32,000 nt of DNA. Origin: Candidatus Lokiarchaeum ossiferum. Its GTDB lineage: Archaea; Asgardarchaeota; Lokiarchaeia; Sigyniarchaeales; Promethearchaeaceae. The notes below the pieces were generated by a model. The model did no database searches and was not told the origin of the DNA. It saw only the letters and a list, made by a program, of their open reading frames with translations. The position numbers and the translations under genes were made by a program. The stretch lies in assembly GCA_025839675.1 (NCBI GenBank), contig CP104013.1:4230001-4262000 (forward strand). Reading direction: 5' to 3'. How positions within the stretch are numbered: position 1 is the stretch's first letter; each line of letters starts with the position of its first letter. Below are positions 25,492-32,000 of this stretch, one piece after another.

Positions 25492-25553
25492 GAAAAAACC
25501 AAAAAAACAATCTTGTATTCTACCCTTTTTTTTACCTTTCAGGAGAAATTAAC

Positions 25554-26636
25554 ATGCACGGATTCTTTTATGTCGGAGTATTAAATTTGAAAGATGGATT
25601 CCCCCTTGTTGAATTCAAAGATCTGACTTTTAGGAAGCCTGATTTACAAATAAATTTCATTAAAGCATTGATCGATCAAGGTATTTCCTTTCTCGATATG
25701 GAAATGGCTCATGAAATGAATTCGCTTCAATTGCAGTTAGAAAATTCTCCCTATCCCTTTGTATTTTATTTTTTTAAGGGGCGTCAAACACTTCTTATGG
25801 TTGTCTCAGAGAAATATAATAAGACTATCTTCAATTTAATGGAACAAATTGTAATGGAGTTTGAACATGAAATTGATCTTTCCAGTGAAAATGATATGCA
25901 AAAGGAAAAAATAGTTGAATTAACAATTAAAAATCTTGCAGGCAATCTTTCACAATTTTTAATCCCAAGTTTTTTAATCCCTGAGATTAATCCTAATGCT
26001 CTTTTTGATTCATTTTCTTCCTTTTTTGCCCAAAATGATGATGTTTCTGTTATTTATGATTTGATTGACGGTTCATGGACACTTTCTGATATATTTGAAC
26101 GGGTTGAAATTGATCAAAAACTTGTAAATGAAATAATTTTTAATCTCTGGGTAAATGATCTTATTTATTTTCGGTTTCATTATTATGATTGGGATGTTTT
26201 TGAAGGCCTCCAAAATAATAAAAATTATCTCGAAGATGGAAATCCAAATAATGTGGCCCTAATCAACAAGTATAATAGCAATAAAATTATCCGTGTAATC
26301 CAACTTTGTCAAGATCCAATTTCATACAAGGAAATTTTGGGACAACTTGATATTACCCGTACGAAACTGAATAAATATATGTCTGAGTTAATCTTCTTGA
26401 AAATTATTGAAAAAAAGCCTATGATTCCACACTTTTCTCATATTTCAGAAGATATTGTTCCTCTTTTATCTATGCAAGGTTTTTCTGATGAAGATTTTTA
26501 TATTTTTAAAAAACTGGAGTCTAATCTTGATGGGAAAGTTTGTCTTGATGATGTTGCTTTAGAAATACAGCGAGATTCAATTAAAATCAAAAAACTTTTA
26601 GATAAATATAATGCTGCAATTAAGATTATCGATTAA
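25554..26636 (+). CDS. Hypothetical protein; possible N-terminal longin/roadblock-like domain followed by winged-helix-like segments
   Basis: This 360-aa ORF has an AGGAG motif 8 nt upstream of the ATG. I recognise no family motif. The domain guess comes only from hydrophobic patterning (see findings). The segment ISYKEILGQLDITRTKLNKYMSELIFLKIIEKK looks like a wHTH. Confidence 0.65.
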   Translation: MHGFFYVGVLNLKDGFPLVEFKDLTFRKPDLQINFIKALIDQGISFLDMEMAHEMNSLQLQLENSPYPFVFYFFKGRQTLLMVVSEKYNKTIFNLMEQIVMEFEHEIDLSSENDMQKEKIVELTIKNLAGNLSQFLIPSFLIPEINPNALFDSFSSFFAQNDDVSVIYDLIDGSWTLSDIFERVEIDQKLVNEIIFNLWVNDLIYFRFHYYDWDVFEGLQNNKNYLEDGNPNNVALINKYNSNKIIRVIQLCQDPISYKEILGQLDITRTKLNKYMSELIFLKIIEKKPMIPHFSHISEDIVPLLSMQGFSDEDFYIFKKLESNLDGKVCLDDVALEIQRDSIKIKKLLDKYNAAIKIID

Positions 26637-27597
26637 ATAATTGTTCTATTATTAAAACACATGCAGTTAAATCTGCCGTTGTTCCGGGATTAAGTTTTCC
26701 CTTAGATTCTAACATCTTTTGGTTAAGTTCCTTTATTTTCAATAATCCTGCTTGAGTTGTGATTCCTCCGGCTTTAATGATCACTTTTGCCCGGTTTTGA
26801 ATATCTCTCGCACAAATTGTCCCATTTTTTCGAAAAATAAGTGAATCTGGAACAGTGGCGAGGATTTGAAGAAATAAATTTTTAACATCTTTCTCTTGAG
26901 AATTTAAGGGATTTTGAATTGGGAAGACTGATTGTAAATAAAAATTACGGCAGAATTCATAATTCGTACAATATTGGGCGCTGATCATATCAAAATCTGC
27001 ACTTTCTTGGAATAAATCCTTCATTGTTTTTTGATCTTCGATAATTATTGTTTCAATTGAACTCTTCGTGAAATCATATTTTGACACTAGGGGTTTATTT
27101 CCAGGAGTTTTAATTCCTCCAGCATTAGATATCTGAATTGCTTTGGAGAGCCAAATTCCATCTTGTGGGGTAGTTGTTGCGATTACATGTTCTACAGTGT
27201 TCCAAAATTTATTCCAATTAACTTTTTTAGGAATATCATTTCGAAATAATAGATCAAATGCAAATATTAGGGGTGAATATAAAAGAATATGTCCCAATAA
27301 CAGATTCTTATAAGGAGGATTGGAAACCATGGTATGAACTGATTGAAAAATAAAATTTCCGATAGAAAAATCCGGAGAACTAATATTTTTTTTATCAAAA
27401 TATTTTGAATTGAACTTTTTTAGAAGTTGGAGGATATGACAATAATCTTGATAAGAAACACCATCGATTATTTGGGATGGTCCAACGTTTCCTGGTTTTG
27501 GTGTGGATACTTCTTGCAGACCTGCATCATAAATAATATTGATAAATTCCTCTAGTGATTCCAGCTGAAAACTAAGGTGTTCTGATGGATTTTTCAT
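26626..27597 (-). CDS. CitG/MdcB-like triphosphoribosyl-dephospho-CoA synthase family protein
   Basis: EVSTPKPGNVGP near the N-terminus compares with E. coli CitG LSPKPGLVDR. LNPGTTADLTACVLIIEQL at the C-terminus compares with CitG LSPGGSADLLILTWF. I prefer ATG 27597 to the TTG at 27606. The 3' end overlaps the convergent 25554 gene by 11 nt. Confidence 0.65.
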   Translation of the reverse strand: MKNPSEHLSFQLESLEEFINIIYDAGLQEVSTPKPGNVGPSQIIDGVSYQDYCHILQLLKKFNSKYFDKKNISSPDFSIGNFIFQSVHTMVSNPPYKNLLLGHILLYSPLIFAFDLLFRNDIPKKVNWNKFWNTVEHVIATTTPQDGIWLSKAIQISNAGGIKTPGNKPLVSKYDFTKSSIETIIIEDQKTMKDLFQESADFDMISAQYCTNYEFCRNFYLQSVFPIQNPLNSQEKDVKNLFLQILATVPDSLIFRKNGTICARDIQNRAKVIIKAGGITTQAGLLKIKELNQKMLESKGKLNPGTTADLTACVLIIEQLFNR

Positions 27598-27659
27598 AGA
27601 AATCAAAAGTTGTTATAATATAAGAGAAAAAAGATAAAAAGGAGCAATGCTAAAAATTT

Positions 27660-27956
27660 TTACCGATCCATGACTTGAAATCCATTTCCTTTTTCGTTCA
27701 CTAATGAAATTAAGCGGAAATCATCTTTCAAGCCTGCATTATAAATAAATTTATTCAATCGCAACTTCAACATTTTTTTGGAAAATGATACTGGAACACT
27801 AATCTTAATAGTACTCCCCTCTTTGGAAATTTTGCTGTTTGCAATATTTTCTTCAATATATTGTTCTGATTGAGAAATATACTTGTCTTTTTTTAGTCCT
27901 AATTTAGTGACATCAAAAATGTATTCGACTGTTTCGATTTTTTTCTTGCGGGCCAT
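27660..27956 (-). CDS. rpl22e: Ribosomal protein eL22 (L22e) homologue
   Basis: MARKKKIETVEYIFDVT...STIKISVPVSFSKKMLKLRLNKFIYNAGLKDDFRLISL aligns by eye with eukaryotic eL22 as I recall it (...[27 protein letters not shown]). I prefer ATG 27956 to the GTG at 27965. Confidence 0.75.
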   Translation of the reverse strand: MARKKKIETVEYIFDVTKLGLKKDKYISQSEQYIEENIANSKISKEGSTIKISVPVSFSKKMLKLRLNKFIYNAGLKDDFRLISLVNEKGNGFQVMDR

Positions 27957-28041
27957 AATTTTCACATTTTAAATTGATTATTTTCTTAAAAGAAGGCAAA
28001 AAATAAAATTTTTTCTAATTCAATCATTTCGAAGAAAAAAA

Positions 28042-29838
28042 TTAAGAAGTAAGTTTTTGTTTTGAACTGGTAGATTTGTCTTTATTTTCTGAATCATTAG
28101 ATTTTTCTTTTGGTTTATCTTCTAAATCGTCTTTTTCACTTGAATCTTGTTTTTCCCCTTTAATCTTCGATTTTAGATCTTTTACCCTCTTTAAACGTTC
28201 AAGTTCGCGTTTTTCATGCTTTAATCCTTCCAACTCCAATTTTTCTTGTTCGCTTTTCTTTCTCTGTTCTTCTAATTGTTTGATACGTTCCATTTCTTTT
28301 TTCTGTTTTTCTTTTTTAGCTAATTCTTCTTGAATCGTTTGTTCTTCTTGCTCTTTTGAAATTATTGGATCAATATCTTCAAGAACTTGGATTGTTTCCT
28401 TTGATGGTTCCATCTTGATCTCTTTTTCTGGAGTAGGAGTAACGTTCTCATCTGATTCTTCATTTTTAGAGGTTTCTAGTGTAGATACAAAATCATGATG
28501 GTGCGTATCTGGGATATAGTGAAGCTGAGAAATTAAATAGTCCTGCTGATTGGTTGGAATCTGCAAAGTTTTGATTCGATTAATAAATTCTTCATATTCT
28601 GCTTCATTATATTCATTAACGTGTTGTAATTCTTCTAAGTACTTCATTTGTTGGGTGGGGTTTAAATAAATAAAAGATTTTGCGAGTAAATTTCGTTCTT
28701 CTTCAGAAATTGGTAGATTCATTAATTGCTCTCTGACGGAATCATCTAAAACCATAAATAACTCTTGAATCTGCATGGATGGAAACGGTTTCGGAGATGA
28801 AATTCCTTGTTGCGGAACATTTTTTTTAGCTTCTGGAATATGTTGTGGGAAAGAAGTTGGTTCTTTCTCAGTTTGATTTAATAATGGTTTTCCAGTCATT
28901 GGGTCAAAGCGCATCTGTTTAGTGATTGGTTTCCCCGTCATAGGATCGAATTTGTGTCTTTTTGTTGAAATTTGGACTAATTCTGGTGGTTTGGCTGTAT
29001 CACCAGGATCATAGGCTTGAAATTCTTTGACTTCATATGGAATTGGCTCGAATTTAACCATATAATTTTGACTTGCTTCCCCAGTTTTTAATACACGATT
29101 AAAGGCTTTGGCATTATACCTCTGTTTCTCTTGAAAAGATCTGCTGTTTTTGCGCTTAGTTTTTCGGAAAGTTTTTTTATTTAATCGCGCAGTTCGCTTG
29201 TATTCTTTTGTAATATTTTTGAGAGAGGTTTTGTGTTTTTTTCGATTTGCTTTTTTTACTGTTTTAAATTCTTTGTCGATTTGTTTTTGTGTAATTTTAT
29301 CTGCATTGATATTGGATAATTTGGTGATTTTATAGATTCTTTTATTATTTTTGACAGTGGTTTTATATAAGCGTTTATTATTTTTGATTAATTTTTTATA
29401 TTTTCTCCGGTCCCTAACCATTGGGCGCTTGAAAGCCTTTCTATTTTGTTTTTTAATTTTCTGAAATTCTTTTCGATTGCTTTTCCGAATTGTCTTGTAT
29501 CCCTTGATATCGATCAATTGTTTGTTTGCGGGAAGTGACGCATATTTATTAGCATCGAATTGTTCAAATTTTACTGATGTAGATGGTTTTGCTGGTTTTA
29601 TAGAAGTTGGGCCTGGTGTATAGCGCGGTTGGACTGGTTGAACTTTTGGTATTGCTTGGGGAGATTGAGTTTGAATATGTTTTCTTAATTGATCTTTAGA
29701 ATTTATCTCAAATTGATGACCACAACTCTCACAAAATACTTCTTTTCCCAATAATAGTTTCTCAACTAACCGTGGTTCCAATTGTGTGCTACATTGTGTG
29801 CAAAATTTTTTCGGAATCGGAGAATTTCTTGATTGCAT
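28042..29838 (-). CDS. Hypothetical protein: N-terminal zinc ribbon, ~9 lysine-rich K-x-N-[RK]-[KR]-x-[FYH]-K repeats, duplicated FDPMTGKP motif, helical middle domain, C-terminal E/K/R-rich (ER/K-like) region
   Basis: The 598-aa ORF has CTQC-x18-CESC at residues 13-39. Basic repeats span residues 113-249 (KSNRKEFQ, KQNRKAFK, KNNKRLYK, KNNKRIYK, KANRKKHK and others). HKFDPMTGKPITKQMRFDPMTGKPLL lies at 295-320. The C-terminus reads EELAKKEKQKKEMERIKQLEEQRKKSEQEKLELEGLKHEKRELERLKR. I recognise no family. Confidence 0.75.
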   Translation of the reverse strand: MQSRNSPIPKKFCTQCSTQLEPRLVEKLLLGKEVFCESCGHQFEINSKDQLRKHIQTQSPQAIPKVQPVQPRYTPGPTSIKPAKPSTSVKFEQFDANKYASLPANKQLIDIKGYKTIRKSNRKEFQKIKKQNRKAFKRPMVRDRRKYKKLIKNNKRLYKTTVKNNKRIYKITKLSNINADKITQKQIDKEFKTVKKANRKKHKTSLKNITKEYKRTARLNKKTFRKTKRKNSRSFQEKQRYNAKAFNRVLKTGEASQNYMVKFEPIPYEVKEFQAYDPGDTAKPPELVQISTKRHKFDPMTGKPITKQMRFDPMTGKPLLNQTEKEPTSFPQHIPEAKKNVPQQGISSPKPFPSMQIQELFMVLDDSVREQLMNLPISEEERNLLAKSFIYLNPTQQMKYLEELQHVNEYNEAEYEEFINRIKTLQIPTNQQDYLISQLHYIPDTHHHDFVSTLETSKNEESDENVTPTPEKEIKMEPSKETIQVLEDIDPIISKEQEEQTIQEELAKKEKQKKEMERIKQLEEQRKKSEQEKLELEGLKHEKRELERLKRVKDLKSKIKGEKQDSSEKDDLEDKPKEKSNDSENKDKSTSSKQKLTS

Positions 29839-29898
29839 GTACTTAATTATTAACTTCTCTTTTGCTTAATTTATTCTTAACCTAGCCCGATGCTTAGC

Positions 29899-29929
29899 AA
29901 AAAAAAACCCATGGCTTTAAAAAAAAAAA
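29899..29929 (-). terminator. Two oligo-T tracts (T11 then T9 on the minus strand) just downstream of the TrmB-like gene; candidate terminator
   Basis: Plus-strand A11 lies at 29919-29929, 4 nt from the stop at 29934, and A9 lies at 29899-29907. Read on the minus strand these are T-runs. Confidence 0.4.
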
Positions 29930-29933
29930 GGGA

Positions 29934-30995
29934 TCACTTTAGTCGAATAAATTCTTTTGGTCTTCCTTTTTGTTGAGGTTGTGAAATTCTCTCAATTTTT
30001 CCTTCTTTAACTAAACGTGTGATTAAATTCTTAAGCTCGTGACCCGAAATCTTCAATTTTGTGCATAATTCATTCCGTTGCATAAGTGGTTCATTTTGAA
30101 GAAATTCAATCAAATTAGCTTCCCTAGGGGGAATGAAGTTGATTTGTTGCTCAATAGGATTTAGATGGAGACTTTTTTGAATTTGTTTAATTATACCTGG
30201 TGCATGATAGAATCCAGAAATGAGATCTATCCCATGTTCTATAGATGGGTTTTTATTTTTCGCTATGAAATAGGGATAATTTACCAATATTTTTCCATCG
30301 ATTAACATTTGACCTACCCGTGTATAAGCATCATTGATTGATATAGCTTCATATGTTCTGTATTGTCTTCTATTTATTTGGATATTGCATTTTTGAATGA
30401 AGGGTGATATCGTTTTTATATAGTCTGATAGTTCTTCAAAATCACGATTAGAATACTGTATTTCGATTGAAATTCCTCTACTATATGCTTTAATAATACC
30501 AATTTTCAATCGTTTGAATATGAATGGGGGTGTCGCAATAAAAATGACTGATTTTTGACAGTCTTTTATGAATTTATCTTCGATTATCTTAATTCCCATC
30601 TCGATTGAAGAGAAGTGAAATTGGTTTGTTTGAATCGTACATAAACCGAAATGTGAAGTTGTTCGGGCATAATCCTCATTTAATATTTTTTCCAAATGGT
30701 TCAATTTTTCAAGTTTAACTTGTCGATAGCGTTCCAATATAATTGATGGGTTTATAGGAGTAAATTTTTTTTCTAAACCTTGTTGAATTTCAATGATTTC
30801 CTTTTTCTTTAGTTTTTTTAGAATGTAATAGATTTGATTATAGGAGATATTGAGTTGATCTTTAATTTTGAGTAATAAATCTTTTGTAGTTGCCCTTCCC
30901 AATTTTAGCAAAGCCATATAGACTACAACCATCTCATGATCAAAACCATTTTCATATAGAGGTTCCAGTTGTTTTTGTAGTTTGGTCATCGTCAT
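29934..30995 (-). CDS. TrmB-like transcriptional regulator (N-terminal wHTH, central effector-type domain, second C-terminal wHTH)
   Basis: The 353-aa ORF has VVVYMALLKLGRATTKDLLLKIKDQLNISYNQIYYILKKLKKKEIIE, which resembles the TrmB HTH. The C-terminal LIEFLQNEPLMQRNELCTKLKISGHELKNLITRLVKEGKIERI is a second wHTH. Confidence 0.65.
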   Translation of the reverse strand: MTMTKLQKQLEPLYENGFDHEMVVVYMALLKLGRATTKDLLLKIKDQLNISYNQIYYILKKLKKKEIIEIQQGLEKKFTPINPSIILERYRQVKLEKLNHLEKILNEDYARTTSHFGLCTIQTNQFHFSSIEMGIKIIEDKFIKDCQKSVIFIATPPFIFKRLKIGIIKAYSRGISIEIQYSNRDFEELSDYIKTISPFIQKCNIQINRRQYRTYEAISINDAYTRVGQMLIDGKILVNYPYFIAKNKNPSIEHGIDLISGFYHAPGIIKQIQKSLHLNPIEQQINFIPPREANLIEFLQNEPLMQRNELCTKLKISGHELKNLITRLVKEGKIERISQPQQKGRPKEFIRLK

Positions 30996-31117
30996 ATATT
31001 TAATCTCTCAAATTATCATATCGATTTTATGACTAAGTAATATTCATACTTGAAAGAAGGAATATTTAACTTTTTTCAGTGTCATAATCTAATTAACCTC
31101 ATTTATGGTGATGAAAC

Positions 31118-31246
31118 ATGACTGAATGTCGAGAATGTAAATTTTATAAACCTATTGATGAGACCAAAGGTGACTGCTTTGGTCATGAAGTTCCTGCAGC
31201 AATGAATGTTGATCAATGCCCATCTAAGGCTTTTCAAGCAAGATAG
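31118..31246 (+). CDS. Small (42-aa) cysteine-rich putative metal-binding protein
   Basis: This ORF is not in the track. My translation is MTECRECKFYKPIDETKGDCFGHEVPAAMNVDQCPSKAFQAR, with four Cys arranged CxxC-x12-C-x13-C. Support is limited to the intact ORF in an otherwise empty gap and a composition that is not low-complexity. Confidence 0.35.
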   Translation: MTECRECKFYKPIDETKGDCFGHEVPAAMNVDQCPSKAFQAR

Positions 31247-31528
31247 TTGTTTTTTTTTAAATTAATTTCTCTTCTTTTTTTTCAATCTGATCTGATATAT
31301 GATTTCAATTAAAAAATTGAACATTTTTAATACATTAAACTAATAGCAAGAAATTCTGGAAGTAAAGAAGTTGAATCTTGAATTTGGGTTTGTTTTTTCA
31401 AATTTTTTATTTTGATAAATTGAGAAACGGTTCATTAATTCACAATACTTATATATTACTTGAATAAAAGTAACATTAACGAATTGAATGATATTTTATC
31501 TATCATTTTTTTCGTTAAGGTGTTATAA

Positions 31529-32000
31529 ATGAAAAAAAATCATTTTCTGGTTGGGTTAATGGCTCTTTTGATTGTCATCCCCCTTACATTTGTAGTAGCT
31601 TCTGCAGAAACCAATACGCGTAGTGTTATGCGTCCTGGTGGTGGCGGTGGCGGTGGTGGTAATACTTATGTCCCACCTCCCTTACCTACTGGTGGAGCTC
31701 CACTAACAGGTCAAAAATATGCATTAGTTATAGGAATTAGTGATTATGATGGTGATTCAAGTGATTTGACCTATTGTGATGATGATGCTTATGATTGGCG
31801 TGATTATCTTGAATCCATTGGTTATCAAGTGACTCTACTCATTGATGAACAAGCAACTGAAGCAGGCATCCTTGCTGCACTACAGAATCTTGCAGATCTT
31901 GAAGATGAAGCTGGCGATGCAGTCGCTATTTGCTATTCTGGTCATGGTTCTTATTCTCGAACAACTGGAGAATCATGTTTAGTCGCATGGGAATTAGCTG
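31529..32000 (+). CDS. Secreted caspase-like peptidase (C14 family), N-terminal 157 aa; continues beyond the window
   Basis: This ORF is not in the track because it is open at the edge. It has a signal-like N-terminus (MKKNHFLVGLMALLIVIPLTFVVASA) and a Gly8 linker. Then comes QKYALVIGISDYDG..DLTYCDDDAYDW..YL...GYQVTLLIDEQAT and AICYSGHGS, the caspase-fold His-Gly site. The catalytic Cys region would lie beyond position 32000. Confidence 0.75.
   Translation, partial: MKKNHFLVGLMALLIVIPLTFVVASAETNTRSVMRPGGGGGGGGNTYVPPPLPTGGAPLTGQKYALVIGISDYDGDSSDLTYCDDDAYDWRDYLESIGYQVTLLIDEQATEAGILAALQNLADLEDEAGDAVAICYSGHGSYSRTTGESCLVAWELA

Noticed and set aside
28076-29335. Track ORFs 28076-28333(+) and 29150-29335(+), antisense to the 598-aa zinc-ribbon protein.
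   Set aside because: These are Ser/Phe/Leu-rich complements of Glu/Lys codons, which makes them shadow ORFs.
1-32000. A search for tRNA, rRNA, CRISPR arrays, transposases, integrases, terminal inverted repeats and prophage or defence-island signatures.
   Set aside because: I saw no GC-rich cloverleaf-sized islands in the intergenic gaps. I saw no regularly spaced short direct repeats outside the coding tandem repeats. No ORF has DDE, tyrosine-recombinase or serine-recombinase motifs. Apart from the exported clan-CD peptidases and an Fcf1-type PIN, nothing resembles a known defence module.

Overview
The window is AT-rich (roughly two-thirds A+T by eye) and densely coding. I call about 32 protein genes on both strands. 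I found no rRNA, tRNA, CRISPR array, transposase or integrase. Archaeal information-processing genes (aIF-1A, Spt5 NGN-KOW), two eukaryotic-signature proteins (a Rab/Ras-like small GTPase and ribosomal protein eL22) and the low G+C together suggest an Asgard, Lokiarchaeia-like chromosome; this is an inference. Left to right: (1) A glycan-assembly locus at 1-5971. It holds a tightly packed minus-strand cassette of LbH acyltransferase, MaoC hydratase, acyl carrier protein, adenylate-forming ligase and Fe-alcohol dehydrogenase, next to a DUF354/GT-B-like protein and a GT4 polyprenyl-phosphate sugar-1-P transferase. (2) A His-rich, Q/N-rich membrane zinc-ribbon protein, a DUF2804-like protein, and a 922-aa secreted clan-CD (C25 gingipain-like) peptidase with tandem 88-aa domains and a C-terminal TM anchor. 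(3) A flavodoxin-family protein and an FAH-family hydrolase. (4) A Rab-like GTPase with a 12x APFSAP proline-rich tail encoded by near-identical 114-bp tandem repeats, followed 12 nt later by an Fcf1-type PIN nuclease. (5) A methyl-accepting chemotaxis protein, aIF-1A with an unresolved start codon, and a PAS-rich hybrid histidine kinase. (6) A wHTH regulator divergent from an MFS transporter, a YdjM-type membrane hydrolase, an aldo/keto reductase with Fe-S domain, and a YkgJ Cys-cluster protein. (7) Spt5 with an unusual ~90-aa acidic C-terminal tail, a 360-aa unknown protein (possibly longin/roadblock-like plus winged helices), and a CitG-like protein. (8) eL22, preceded on the same strand by a 598-aa protein combining a zinc ribbon, basic repeats and an ER/K-rich region. 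(9) A TrmB-like regulator, a 42-aa Cys-rich ORF, and a secreted C14 caspase-like peptidase truncated by the window edge. The observations most worth follow-up are the GTPase tail, the ACP-dependent cassette in an archaeon, the acidic-tailed Spt5, the aIF-1A start problem, and the basic zinc-ribbon protein upstream of eL22. All family calls rest on motifs I read in the translations. No database search was run.
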